Assembly: GCA_045863395.1 (NCBI GenBank)
Contig: BTVJ01000013.1
Coordinates: 77,242 to 141,241, forward strand
Reading direction: 5' to 3'
DNA from: Myxococcales bacterium
Lineage (GTDB): Bacteria; Myxococcota_A; UBA9042; JABWCM01; BTVJ01
Length of the DNA stretch: 64,000 nt
The position numbers and the translations under genes are program-made. How positions within the stretch are numbered: the first letter of the stretch is position 1; each line of letters starts with the position of its first letter. A model generated the notes under the pieces. The model did not search any database. It was not told the DNA's origin and saw only the letters and a list, made by a program, of their open reading frames with translations. Shown here piece after piece: positions 1-10,261 of the stretch.

Positions 1-1890
1 AACCGGGGCGTGCCCGGGGCGACGGTCCTGCTCGACGGCCTCGAGGTGGCGGTCACGGACGCCGAGGGGCGCTTCACGGTCGTCGATGCCACCGAGGGGC
101 GTTACGTCCTCACCGCCCGCGCCGATGGCTACGTGGGTCCGCCCCCTACCGGGGCTCCCCCGCTGGAGGTGCGCATCGAGCCGGGCCTGACCGTCAGCGG
201 CGTGCGTGTCACCCTCTACTCTGGAGCGTCCATCGGCGGGCGCGTGGTCGCGGCGGGCAAGCCCGTGGCGGGGGCGGCGCTGTCGCTCTACTACGACGCC
301 GCCCCCGGCGCCCGAGAGCCCTTCGTCACCGAGGCGACCGCGCGCACGGACGCGAGCGGCGGCTTCACCCTCTGGCCGGTGCACCCGGGGCGCGTGCGCG
401 TGCTGGCCGAGGCGGACGGCTGGTCCATGGGGGAGAGCGACGAGGTGGTGGCCGAGTCGGGCGACCCGGTGACCGACGTCCTCATCGATCTCGGCGCGTC
501 CGCGGCGCTGGCTGGGGTGGTGCTCGACGTTCAGGGGCGCCCGATCACCGGAGCCGAGGTGTGGGTGACCTCCACGAGGACCGGGCGGCGGAACACGACG
601 ACGGACGGCTCGGGGCGGTTCGAGCTGCGCGCCCTGCCGGCGGGGGCCGCCGAGGTCCACGCCCGGGCCAGCGGGTACGAGGACGCCCCGGTCCAGGCGC
701 TGGAGCTCGGCGCCAACGAGGAGACGCGGGTGGAGCTGCGCCTGGCACAGGCGCCGGGCTTCGGCGGGCTGGTCGTGTCGCCGGGGGGGCAGCCCGTCGC
801 CGAGGCGGTGGTCACCTGGATGCCGGAGTCCTCGGCCGCCATGCACCGCCGCCCGGGAGGCCTGGCGGGGATGAGGGCGGTCACCGACGCCAAGGGGCGC
901 TTCTGGGTGCGCCAGGTGCCGACGGAGCCCGTCGTCATGGTCGCCACCCACCGGGAGTACGCGGCCTCGGAGGAGCGCACCGTCCCCCTCGGCGTCCGCG
1001 AGGTCACCCTCACCCTGAGCCCCGGCGGGTCGCTGTCGGGGCGGGTCATCGACGCGGTGGGGCGGCGCCCGGTCACCACCTACGAGGTGGCCATGGTGTC
1101 CTTCAAGTCACGAGACGGCGCGGTGCAGGGGGGCGGCGGCTTCGAGCGCCTGACCGTGGCGGACCCGGACGGCCGCTTCCAGTTCACGGGCCTGACGCCG
1201 GGCACCTACGCCATCTCGGTGCTGGCAGACGGGTTCCGCGCGGAGCGCGTGGACAACATCGAGGTGTGGGCCGGCCAGGAGACGTCGGACGTGGAGGTGC
1301 GGCTCCACAGGGGGGGCGCAGTGACCGGGCTGATCGTGGACGCGGTGTCCGGGGCGCCGATCCCCCAGGCCTACGTCACCGTCACGACGCTCTACGAGCA
1401 AGGCTACCGGCGCGGAGGCCCGGGAGCGCTCACGAACGGTGAGGGCCGCTTCCGCATGGAGGGGCTGCCGGAGGGGCCACGCTCCCTCAACGTCCGTGCG
1501 CGCGGCTACGAGAGCCTGATCTCCAGCGGCCACGTGGTGCCCTCGGACGGCGAGCGGGACATCGGCGTGATCCGGCTCGCGCCCGAGAAGCCCGGGGAGC
1601 GCGGCGTCACGAAGTTCAGCGGCATCGGCACGGTGCTCCGCGAGCAGGACGGCCGCATCTACGCCGCACGAATCATCGAGGACAGCCCGGCGGCGGCCAT
1701 GGGCCTCGAGACCGACACGGAGATCCTGTCCGTGGACGGCCGCGACCTGTCGAGCATGACCATGACGGAGGCAGTGGAGCGCATCCGGGGCCAGGAGGGC
1801 TCCGACGTCACGCTCATGGTGCTGCGCCCCGGCGCCGCGGTACCGGAGCGGATCCTGATCACCCGCGGCCAGGTCACGATGCAGCGGTGA
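1..1890 (+). CDS. Carboxypeptidase-regulatory-like (prealbumin-like) repeat protein with C-terminal PDZ domain; 5' end probably outside the window
   Basis: Frame is open from base 1. About six repeats of G(R/V)VxDxxGxP(I/V)xGAxV...TDxxGRFxxxxLPxG, then a PDZ signature FSGIG...DSPAAAMGL...ILSVDG...IRGQEGSDVTL. Confidence 0.8.
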   Translation, partial: NRGVPGATVLLDGLEVAVTDAEGRFTVVDATEGRYVLTARADGYVGPPPTGAPPLEVRIEPGLTVSGVRVTLYSGASIGGRVVAAGKPVAGAALSLYYDAAPGAREPFVTEATARTDASGGFTLWPVHPGRVRVLAEADGWSMGESDEVVAESGDPVTDVLIDLGASAALAGVVLDVQGRPITGAEVWVTSTRTGRRNTTTDGSGRFELRALPAGAAEVHARASGYEDAPVQALELGANEETRVELRLAQAPGFGGLVVSPGGQPVAEAVVTWMPESSAAMHRRPGGLAGMRAVTDAKGRFWVRQVPTEPVVMVATHREYAASEERTVPLGVREVTLTLSPGGSLSGRVIDAVGRRPVTTYEVAMVSFKSRDGAVQGGGGFERLTVADPDGRFQFTGLTPGTYAISVLADGFRAERVDNIEVWAGQETSDVEVRLHRGGAVTGLIVDAVSGAPIPQAYVTVTTLYEQGYRRGGPGALTNGEGRFRMEGLPEGPRSLNVRARGYESLISSGHVVPSDGERDIGVIRLAPEKPGERGVTKFSGIGTVLREQDGRIYAARIIEDSPAAAMGLETDTEILSVDGRDLSSMTMTEAVERIRGQEGSDVTLMVLRPGAAVPERILITRGQVTMQR

Positions 1891-1911
1891 CACGGCAGCG
1901 TGCAAAGAAAG

Positions 1912-1940
1912 TTGGCAGCGCCCGGGGATGCGGCCATACT
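1912..1940 (+). promoter_or_regulatory. Candidate sigma70-type promoter for the transglycosylase gene (near-leaderless)
   Basis: TTGGCA (1912-1917), 17 nt spacer, CATACT (1935-1940), 8 nt upstream of the in-frame ATG at 1949, with no Shine-Dalgarno. Confidence 0.45.
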
Positions 1941-1948
1941 CGGCGGCC

Positions 1949-4288
1949 ATGCGACGTGGCGACAGATCTCGGCATGTGGAGTGCATCTGGGCGAGCGTAG
2001 CGATGATTCTCGTCGTCGCGCTTTTCCAATCGAAGCCTGCGCACGCAGGTCAAGTGAACCCGCCCCGTTCCGACCACTACGACCTCACGCCGCTGTTTCT
2101 TCGGGACGCGCTGACGGAGCAGGCCTACCGAGCGTGGAGGGCGGGCGACCGGACGAGCGCGCGCGAGACGCTCGGGCAGTGGCTCGACGCGCACGGGTCG
2201 GACCCTGACGCCCCGGCGCTCCGCTTCCTGGCGGCGCGCATCGCGATGGAGGACGGCGCGGAGGACGACGCCATCGCCGACCTGGAGGCCATCGCCACCT
2301 GGGGGCCGCTGCGGAGCGTGGTCGCGATGCAGCTCGGCGAGGCGTACCGGGCGCGTGGGCACCTGGAGCGGGCGCTGCAAGCCTACGAGATGGTCCGCCC
2401 GGACAGCACCCAGTACCCGCTCGCGGCGCTGGCGGCGGCGGGGATCCACCGGGAGCAGGGGGCGCTCGCCGACGCGCGTGCCCACGTAGAGGCAGCGCTC
2501 GTGTCGACGGCGGACCCGGCGGTCGAGGACCAGGCGCGGCTCCTTCTGGCCAGGGTGCTGTCGGAGCAGGGCGACCTGGACGGCGCAAGAGGCCACCTGC
2601 AGCGCCTCTGGTGGGGGAGGCGCAAGGTCGCCGGAGACGCGGCGCGAGCGTTGGAGCGGCTCGGGGCGCCGCCAACCGCCGTCGAGGACCTGATGCGCGA
2701 GGTGGACGCCGTCGGGACCCGCGACCTGGACGACGCCCGCAAGCGGCTCCGGCGGACCCTCGATGCGCGGTTCAAAGGGCCGAAGCACGCGGCCCTGCGC
2801 CTGTGGGTGGAGGCCGAGCTGCTCCGCCGCGACCGCAAGACTTGCGACAAGGCGACCCTGAAGTACGAAGCGGCCCTCGAGCTGGAGAGCGACGACCCGG
2901 TGCTGGCTCCGGCCATCCTGTACGGGCAGGCCATCGCGTTGCGCCGCCAGAACCGGGATCTGGAGGCCGTCGAGCGCTACTTGCGCCTCGCAGACCGCTG
3001 GCCCGCCCACCGGCTGGCGCCCGCCGCGCTGTACGGGGCGGGCGATCTCCTGATCTACCGCGGCCTGCCTGTGGAGGCGGAGCGCCCGCTGCGAAGGCTC
3101 GCCACCGAGGCGCCGGACAGCGCGGAGCACGCGGCCGCGCTGTGGGAGCTGGGCTTCGGAGCGTGGCTGGCGGGGGACACGGCGGGGGCCATCCGCACGC
3201 TGGATCTGCTCGCGCGCACGGCCCCCATGCGGCGCACCCCGCAGGGGGCGACGTGGCCGGAGCGCGCGCTGTACTGGAAGGGGCGCGCCGAGGTCCGGGC
3301 AGGCCACCCGGATCGGGCCCTGGCGACGTGGCGCCACCTGGTGGAGCGCTTCCCGCTCACCTACTACTCGACCCAGGCCTTCAACCGCATCGCCGAGCTG
3401 GACCCGGCGCTGGCGGACACCCTGCGGCAGCGGCGCCCGGCAGGGCCGGAGCGCGACCCGGAGCTGCTGGACCTGGCGCGATACACGGTGCGCCGCCGCC
3501 CGACCCTGGACGCCGCGGTGACCCTGGCGCGCGTCGGGCTCTTCGAGGACGCCCGCGAAGAGCTGGAGGCGCGCCTCGACAAGGGCACGCTCCACGCGGA
3601 CGGCGTGCTGCTGCTCTCGTCGCTCCACCTGCGGGAGTCGAACCCGTGGAAGGCCGTGGCGGGCGTGCGCCGGACCATCCTGCTTGCGACCTACCCGGAC
3701 TCCGAGAGCACGCCGCTGTGGCGCTATGCCTTCCCGGTCCCGTTCCTGGAGCTGGCGACGCGGCACGCGACGGACAACGGTCTGTCGCCCCACCTGCTGA
3801 TGGGCGTCATCCGCCACGAGTCGAGCTTCAACCCCGCGGCGGTCAGCCACGCCAACGCCATCGGGCTCACGCAGGTGCTGCCGGAGACCGCGCGGACGGT
3901 GGCCACGCGCCTGCTGGGTGAGAAGGCGCCGGGCGTAGCGGACCTGAAGGACCCGGAGACCAACCTGCGGGTGGGCACGCGTTTCCTGCGGGAGCTGCTC
4001 TCGCTCTTCCAGGGAAACCCGGTGCTTGCGCTCGCGGCCTACAACGCGGGCCCCTACGCGGTGAAGCGGTGGCTCAGCGAGAACGGCCACCTCCAGACCG
4101 ACGAGCTGCTCGAGTGCATGCCCTACGACGTCACAGCGGCCTATGTGAAGGACATCCTGACCAGCGCCTGCGCGTACCAGTATCTCTATGCGAGGCAAGA
4201 CGATCCCGGCGCGCGTACCGTGCCCATCCCCCGCGACCTCCCCAGCGAGTACGGGCCCTTCCTGGAGCGGACCACGGCGAAGCGCTGA
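1949..4288 (+). CDS. Soluble lytic murein transglycosylase (Slt70-like, GH23) with TPR-like helical N-terminus
   Basis: Catalytic motifs IRHESSFNPAAVS, AIGLTQVLPETA and LAAYNAGP; signal-peptide-like N-terminus ending PAHA. Start chosen from promoter position; the ORF track starts it at 1928. Confidence 0.88.
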   Translation: MRRGDRSRHVECIWASVAMILVVALFQSKPAHAGQVNPPRSDHYDLTPLFLRDALTEQAYRAWRAGDRTSARETLGQWLDAHGSDPDAPALRFLAARIAMEDGAEDDAIADLEAIATWGPLRSVVAMQLGEAYRARGHLERALQAYEMVRPDSTQYPLAALAAAGIHREQGALADARAHVEAALVSTADPAVEDQARLLLARVLSEQGDLDGARGHLQRLWWGRRKVAGDAARALERLGAPPTAVEDLMREVDAVGTRDLDDARKRLRRTLDARFKGPKHAALRLWVEAELLRRDRKTCDKATLKYEAALELESDDPVLAPAILYGQAIALRRQNRDLEAVERYLRLADRWPAHRLAPAALYGAGDLLIYRGLPVEAERPLRRLATEAPDSAEHAAALWELGFGAWLAGDTAGAIRTLDLLARTAPMRRTPQGATWPERALYWKGRAEVRAGHPDRALATWRHLVERFPLTYYSTQAFNRIAELDPALADTLRQRRPAGPERDPELLDLARYTVRRRPTLDAAVTLARVGLFEDAREELEARLDKGTLHADGVLLLSSLHLRESNPWKAVAGVRRTILLATYPDSESTPLWRYAFPVPFLELATRHATDNGLSPHLLMGVIRHESSFNPAAVSHANAIGLTQVLPETARTVATRLLGEKAPGVADLKDPETNLRVGTRFLRELLSLFQGNPVLALAAYNAGPYAVKRWLSENGHLQTDELLECMPYDVTAAYVKDILTSACAYQYLYARQDDPGARTVPIPRDLPSEYGPFLERTTAKR

Positions 4289-4360
4289 CCGGATCGCGGT
4301 GGTTGACTTCCAGGGCGCCTGGGCTCGAAGATCCGGGCACCCACCACCGCGCGGGCTGCC

Positions 4361-5691
4361 GTGACGGACCGCACGACGATCACCGAGAAGCTGGCGGGCG
4401 ACGCCTCGGGGACGAGACCACTCCGGCCCGTGCTGATCCTCGCCCACGGCCCGGCTCCGGAGCGCATCGGCGAGCGAACCGCCCTCCCGCGCAGGGAGAC
4501 GATCATCGGGCGGGGTGAGCCACGCTTCGAGACGGGGCCTCTCGACGACCCGCGCGTGTCCTCCCGCCACCTGGTCGTGACGCCGGGCGCGGCGGGCCTG
4601 GGCGTGCGGGACGTGGGCGGCAAGAGCGGGATCCTGGTGCACGGCAAGCGTGTGGACGCGGCGCGGCTCCAGCCTGGTGATCTGGTGCAGTGCGGGCGCA
4701 CCTTCCTTCTCTATCGCGTCGAGCCCGCGTTCGACTGGCGCCCCGCGGAGTCGGCCCTGGCCGGCCTGAGCTATCTGCTCCACCTCGTGCGCCAGAGCGT
4801 GGAGCGCGCCGCAGCCCACGACCTGCCGGCGCTCATCACGGGCCCCTCGGGGGCGGGCAAGGAGCCGGCCGCGCGAGAGGTGCACCGCCTGAGCCGTCGC
4901 ACGGGGCCCCTCGTGCCCGTCAACTGCGCCGCCTTGCCCGCGGAGCTGGTGGAGAGCGAGCTGTTCGGACACGTCGCCGGCGCCTTCACCGGGGCAGGAC
5001 CGGCGAAAGAGGGGCTCTTCAGGAGGGCGCAGGGCGGGACGCTGTTCCTGGACGAGGTGGGCGCCATGCCGCTCGCGCGCCAGCCGAAGCTGCTGCGCGC
5101 CATCCAGGAGCGGAGGGTGCGGGCGGTCGGCGGGACCCGGGAGGTGGACGTGGACGTCCGAATCGTCGCCGCGACCAACGAGGACCTGCCCGCCCTGGTC
5201 CGCAGCGGCGGATTCCGGACGGACCTGTACGGGCGACTCTCGGGGGCGCTCATCGAGATGCCCCCCTCGCGCAGCGGCGCGAGGACGTCGGCGCCCTGCT
5301 CCGCTGGTTCCTCCGCGGGCGCGACCTGGAGGTGGCGCCGGAGCTGCTCAGGGACCTCTTCGAGCACCCGTGGCCCCTCAACGTGCGCGCCCTGGAGCAC
5401 CTCGTGATGGCGGCCGCGAGCACCGCGGTGGCGGTGCTCGGTCCCACGCCGGACACCCGGCGCCTGCTCGACACCCAGGGCTCACTCGGTGGTGAGGCCC
5501 GGGAGCGGCGTGCGCCGGGGGCCGAGGAGCTGGCGCGGCTCCTGGAGCACCACGGCGGAGTGGTCTCCAGGGTTGCCCTGGAGCTCGGCGTCCACCGCTA
5601 CCAGGTCTACCGCTGGATGGCGGCGGCAGGCAGGGGGCGCACCGGGACCGCCCGGAGGACTGACGAGTTCCGTGCGCAACGGTCACGGTGA
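4361..5691 (+). pseudogene. FHA-domain sigma54-dependent activator (FHA-AAA+-Fis HTH), split by a one-base frameshift at the C6 run 5261-5266
   Basis: FHA (IIGRG...VSSRH), Walker [15 protein letters not shown], Walker B LFLDEVG and RIVAATN lie in one frame. The expected continuation PLAQRREDV...[10 protein letters not shown] and the HTH (HHGGVVSRVALELGVHRYQVYRWM) lie in another frame. May be an assembly error. Confidence 0.8.
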
Positions 5692-5882
5692 GGCGCGGAG
5701 CCATGGGCGAGCCGCGCGAGGGGCGTCTCAGCGCCCCACTACCCACGGACTTCTGGTGCATCCTGGCTCTGTGACCGCCAGTACCGTGTCGTCCGCGTAT
5801 CGACGCACCGTGTCGCGCCTGCGGTGCGTGCAATTGTCGCCACCGTTACGCTAGAGTCGGCGCTTCGGAGGTTCGCTCGGCC

Positions 5883-7022
5883 GTGGACTCGCCATCGAAC
5901 GGAACGCAGGAGTGGACGGAGGTGGTGGCCGCCCTGCGCGGACCGCGCTCCCGCGCCGAGTCGGAGGCGCGCGCGCTCCTGTCGTTCGCGTTCGGGATCG
6001 CGCTCCTGTTCCACGCCGGCTTCCTCATCGCGGCCTGGGCTGCGCCCGAGCGCCCGAAGGAGCGTGAGGAGACCCGCGAGCGCGTCATCGAGACCCTGCG
6101 CGTGACCGAGGTGCGGCGCGAGGAACCCGCACAGCGGGAGGTCCCGGAGTGGCGAGACCCACCTCCGCACTGGGCGTCGCACGACTCCACCGCCACGGCG
6201 CCAGCACCAGCGGACGTCCGGGACGTCACGGCCGCGGAGCCTCGCCCCAGTGGCGCGGCCGATGTGGCTGAGGCGCCGCCGGGGCTCCCCGTCGCGCCGG
6301 CCGACGAGAACCTGGCCCCCCCTGGGGGGCCCACCGCAGAGGTCGTGGAACGTTCCGCGCCCGACGAGCCCGCCTCAACAGGCGTGAGCCCCTCACCCAG
6401 CCCGCCGAAGGGTGTCGCGCCCGCCCCGAAGCCCCGGCCCGGGAAGCGCGGCGCGCGGGGCGCAGGGTCAGCCAAGCCGCGCCTCAAGAGCTCCGCGAAG
6501 CTTGCAGCGCTGCTCGACTCGGGCAACGGCTTCGGGACCCTCTCGGTCCTCAGCAGCACCGCAGTGCCGGGCTCCATGTTCGACGAGCTGGAGGGCGGCA
6601 CCGGCCTCGTTGGGAGGGGCACGGGCGCAGGGCCAGGGGCGGGGGTGGGCCAGCTCGCCATCGGAGGCGCAAGCGCCGGCCTCGGGTCCAGCGTCAGCTC
6701 CGTCGCGAGCCCCGGCGGCAACATGGGAGGCGACCCCCTCGCCCAGTACATCAAGCTCGTCACGAGGGCGCTCCGCAAGGAGCTGGTCTACCCTCGATCC
6801 GCCTCCCGCCGTCGGCTGGAGGGCACGGTCCGTCTGGAGCTGACCATCGAGGCCGACGGGACGGTCGTGAAGCGCCGCGTGGTGGGGTCCTCGGGCCACG
6901 ACGTCCTCGATGAGGCCGCCCTCGCGGCGGCTGAGCGCGTCACCAAGGTTCCGAAGCCGCCCGACGCGCTCGACTGGACGCGCCGCGCCATCCGCATCCC
7001 CCTGGTCTATCGCGTGCAGTGA
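5883..7022 (+). CDS. TonB-family energy transducer (TM anchor, Pro-rich linker, TonB C-terminal domain)
   Basis: TM helix with the conserved His (IALLFHAGFL), Pro/Ala-rich spacer, and C-terminal YPRSASRRRLEGTVRLELTIEADGTV...SSGHDVLDEAAL. Confidence 0.82.
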   Translation: MDSPSNGTQEWTEVVAALRGPRSRAESEARALLSFAFGIALLFHAGFLIAAWAAPERPKEREETRERVIETLRVTEVRREEPAQREVPEWRDPPPHWASHDSTATAPAPADVRDVTAAEPRPSGAADVAEAPPGLPVAPADENLAPPGGPTAEVVERSAPDEPASTGVSPSPSPPKGVAPAPKPRPGKRGARGAGSAKPRLKSSAKLAALLDSGNGFGTLSVLSSTAVPGSMFDELEGGTGLVGRGTGAGPGAGVGQLAIGGASAGLGSSVSSVASPGGNMGGDPLAQYIKLVTRALRKELVYPRSASRRRLEGTVRLELTIEADGTVVKRRVVGSSGHDVLDEAALAAAERVTKVPKPPDALDWTRRAIRIPLVYRVQ

Positions 7023-7108
7023 GCGGCGCGTGGGTCGCCCTGCGGCCGAGCTGGCGCATGCAGCCGGGCAGAACCTGAGGCCCAACGGGGTTGTCGTGCG
7101 TTGAGCCT

Positions 7109-7136
7109 TTGTTTCGACCGGCGCGACCCGTACAAT
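7109..7136 (+). promoter_or_regulatory. Candidate sigma70-type promoter for the TPR lipoprotein gene
   Basis: TTGTTT (7109-7114), 16 nt spacer, TACAAT (7131-7136); SD GGAGGT at 7161-7166 before ATG 7172. Confidence 0.45.
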
Positions 7137-7171
7137 GGGATTGGTTCACGACACAGGGATGGAGGTGCTTC

Positions 7172-8521
7172 ATGCGCGCGACCTGGCTGGGTGTCATTGG
7201 AGCGGCGGGGGTGTTGGCGCTGGCGGCCTGTGAGCCGCCGGGGGACAGGGGAGAGGGGGTCTCCACCATCGAGGCGGAGCTGGTGGCCCAGGGCGACGAG
7301 GGGCTCGAGGCCGTAGCGCCCGTCGAGCTGGCGGACCCGGCGCTGCTCGCGGAGCCCGCGCCGGGCGCGCCGGCCTTGGAGGGGCGGGACCTGTTGGATC
7401 ACGTCCGGTGGCTGGTCTCGCAGGAGCGGTACCCCGAGGCACGGGAGCTGCTCCAGGCGCAGGTGGAGGCGCAGCCGCAGGACGTGACCACGACGCTCGT
7501 GCTGGCGGGCGTGGATCTCCTCGACGAGTCCTACCGCTCGGCCTACGACCTGTCCGACGCCGCGCTGGCGGTCGCTCCCGGCGACGTCCGCCTGATGCAG
7601 ACGCGGGCCCTGGCGAGCCTCCTCGACCTGGACGTGGCGACCGCGCTGGAGGACTACAAGGAGCTGGTCTCTGCCATGAAGCGCCTGGCCGAGGCGGAGG
7701 GCGCCACCGTGTGCCAGCCCATCAGCCAGTGCTGCGCGACGGCCCCCGAGGCGCTGGCCGACGCGCTCATCGGGCTCGCAACGGCCCACTACAACCTGGG
7801 TGACCTGGACGCGGCGACCGACCTGGCGGACACGGTCTTCGGGATGCGGGGCATCAACCCCGTCGGGGCCCACTTCGTGATGGCGCTGGTCCAGTCGAAG
7901 CGCGGCGACGACGCGGCGGCGCTGGCCTCCTACCAGACCATCCTGCAGACGCACCCCGGCAACCCCCTGGTGCTGAACAACGTCGGCGGCATCGCCTACC
8001 GGGCCAAGGACCTGGACGGGGCGGAGCGCCTCTTCGTGGCGACCGTAGAGAACGCGGGGGTCGACCGGCGCACCGCGGCCATCGCGTGGTCCAACCTGGG
8101 CGACGTGGCGCTCCTCCGCGGCGACTACAAGGCCGCCGAGGACAAGCTGCTGGAGGCGACGTCCATCTCGCCCGGTTTCCCCGGCGCGTGGTTCAACCTG
8201 GCGGTCGTCTACGATCTGCTCGGTGACGACGTCCGCTCCAAGGCGCACCTCGTCGAGGGGCTCAACCGCGACGAGCAGGGCGTGTCGCGGTACAACTCGT
8301 CCCACTTCTCGCCGGAGTGGGAGGCCCACTTCGAGGGGCTGCTGGCCGAGCACGACGGGCGCGTCGGCGACGCGGTCAATCACTGGCAGGCCGTGGCCGC
8401 GGGGAACGTACCGGCGCTGCACGCCACCGCTGCACGCCACCTGGCGCGGCTCACGCCGGTGGGCGTGGAGGCTCCTGCGGGCCTCGTCTCCCCGGTCACG
8501 GGACGCATCTACATCTACTGA
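7172..8521 (+). CDS. TPR-repeat lipoprotein
   Basis: SD GGAGGT; lipobox LAAC; TPR motifs such as LATAHYNLGDLDAA, VLNNVGGIAY, AWSNLGDVALLRGDY and AWFNLAVVYDLLG. Confidence 0.8.
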   Translation: MRATWLGVIGAAGVLALAACEPPGDRGEGVSTIEAELVAQGDEGLEAVAPVELADPALLAEPAPGAPALEGRDLLDHVRWLVSQERYPEARELLQAQVEAQPQDVTTTLVLAGVDLLDESYRSAYDLSDAALAVAPGDVRLMQTRALASLLDLDVATALEDYKELVSAMKRLAEAEGATVCQPISQCCATAPEALADALIGLATAHYNLGDLDAATDLADTVFGMRGINPVGAHFVMALVQSKRGDDAAALASYQTILQTHPGNPLVLNNVGGIAYRAKDLDGAERLFVATVENAGVDRRTAAIAWSNLGDVALLRGDYKAAEDKLLEATSISPGFPGAWFNLAVVYDLLGDDVRSKAHLVEGLNRDEQGVSRYNSSHFSPEWEAHFEGLLAEHDGRVGDAVNHWQAVAAGNVPALHATAARHLARLTPVGVEAPAGLVSPVTGRIYIY

Positions 8522-8569
8522 GCCTGACGCGGCCTCGGAGAGTTGCGTCCAGCCCCCGCACGGGGGAAC

Positions 8570-10201
8570 ATGCCGCGGATGCGCGCTCCCCCCCGCCTCC
8601 CGGTCCTCGCCACCTGCGCCGCCGCCGCGGCCCTCGTGCTCTGGCCCCTGGCGACCCTGCCGTGGTTCGAGCAGCACGAGGGGACACGCTACTTCATCCG
8701 CCTCGTCGCCCTCGCTCGGAACCTGGTCGCTCAGGGAGGGCACCCCACCTGGATCCCAGAGCTGGCCGGCGGCCACGGCTATCCGCTCTTCGGCTTCTAC
8801 AGCCCCGGCGTCCTCACCCTGGCGCTCCCGTTTCTCCCCCTCGGGCCGGTGGCGGCCATCAAGGCGGTCCTCTTCCTCGCGCTGACCTTCGGCGCGTTCG
8901 GGCTCTACCTGCTGGGCGAGCGCCTGCACGGCCCTGCCGGCGGCACCCTGACCGCGGCGCTCGGGGTGGGTGCCCCCTACGCCATGGCGGACCTGTTCAC
9001 CCGGGGCGACGTCGCGGAGTACGTGGCCCTCTGCGCGGCCCCCTGGCTGCTGCTGCTGGCCGTTCGCACAGTCGAGGAGGGGAGACGCCGCGACCACTGG
9101 CTCCTCGCCCTCGGCTACGGGCTGTTCGTCCCCCTGCACACCGTCTCGGCGCTGCTCTGGAGCGGTGTCCTCGTGGCCCTGCTCCTCGTGATGGCACTCG
9201 CGCGGCGCCAGGGTCCGCGGCGCATCGCGGCGTATGGTGGCGCGCTGGCGCTCGGGCTCGCCCTGTCTGCGTGGTACTGGCTCCCGGCCATGGCGGAGCG
9301 GGGCCTCATCCACCAGGAGGTGCTCCGCGAGGGGTACTTCGACTTCCGGCGCAACTTCCTCCCGTCGCCGCTCTTCGGACCGCAGAGCGTCTCCGAGCCG
9401 CCCATGTACCTGGGGTGGCCGCTGCTCTTGGGGGCGGCGGTGGGGCTCGCGGCGGCCCTGCGCTCCGAGCGCCGGGCAGACACCCTCGCTCTCGTCGCCC
9501 TCGGTGCGGTGCTCACGTGGCTGACCACAGAGTCGGCAGCCGCGGTCTGGGAGACGGCGCCGCTCCTGTCCTTCGCCCAGTTCCCGTGGCGACTCCTCGG
9601 GCCGGCCTCCGTGCTCCTCGCCCTCGCGGCCGCGGGCGCCGCCACGCCGATCCCATCGCGGCACGGCCGGATGCTCCCCCCCGCAGCGCTCCTCTTCGTC
9701 TTCGTGATGGCCCCCGACTCGCGGTTGCTGCGCCCCCTCCCCGTCGAGCCGAGCGAGCTGGACCTCGACCACCTTGCGCGCACCCGCGTGGAGCTCTTGG
9801 GCTACGGCGAGTACGCGCCCGCCACCATGCCGCTGGACTCGCCCCCCCCACCGGGGGAGCCGCTGGCGTGGCTGGCGGGTGAGGGGTCCGCAGACGCGAG
9901 CATGGACGGGGTCCGCGTACGGGTGGAGGTCCAGTCCGAGGGCACCACCCTGACCCTCTCGCAGCTCCACTTTCCCGGGTGGGTGGTGACCGTCGATGGC
10001 GCGGTGGTGCCTCACTCCCACGACGCGAAAGGGCGCATGGTGGTGGAGGTGCCCGCAGGGCGCCGCGTGGTGGAGGCGCGCTTCCGGGACACCCCGATTC
10101 GCGCCGCTGCGAAGTGGGTGTCTCTGCTGGCGGTGGGGGCTCTCGCATTCGGTGTCTGGCGAACCACGCGCGCCCACCGTCCTCGCCCGATTCAGGGGTG
10201 A
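8570..10201 (+). CDS. Polytopic membrane protein of the PTPS-related/YfhO-like (GT-C-type glycosyltransferase-like) family
   Basis: Many TM helices; motifs WIPELAGGHGYPLFGFYSP, PYAMADLFTRGDVAE, LSAWYWLPA, QFPWR and HFPGWVVTVDG. Start could be 8570 or 8579. Confidence 0.7.
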   Translation: MPRMRAPPRLPVLATCAAAAALVLWPLATLPWFEQHEGTRYFIRLVALARNLVAQGGHPTWIPELAGGHGYPLFGFYSPGVLTLALPFLPLGPVAAIKAVLFLALTFGAFGLYLLGERLHGPAGGTLTAALGVGAPYAMADLFTRGDVAEYVALCAAPWLLLLAVRTVEEGRRRDHWLLALGYGLFVPLHTVSALLWSGVLVALLLVMALARRQGPRRIAAYGGALALGLALSAWYWLPAMAERGLIHQEVLREGYFDFRRNFLPSPLFGPQSVSEPPMYLGWPLLLGAAVGLAAALRSERRADTLALVALGAVLTWLTTESAAAVWETAPLLSFAQFPWRLLGPASVLLALAAAGAATPIPSRHGRMLPPAALLFVFVMAPDSRLLRPLPVEPSELDLDHLARTRVELLGYGEYAPATMPLDSPPPPGEPLAWLAGEGSADASMDGVRVRVEVQSEGTTLTLSQLHFPGWVVTVDGAVVPHSHDAKGRMVVEVPAGRRVVEARFRDTPIRAAAKWVSLLAVGALAFGVWRTTRAHRPRPIQG

Positions 10202-10261
10202 CAAACCGGGGCCCCCGGTGTAGTGGTTGCGGGGGGGCCACTGAGCCGGGAGGATACAGCA

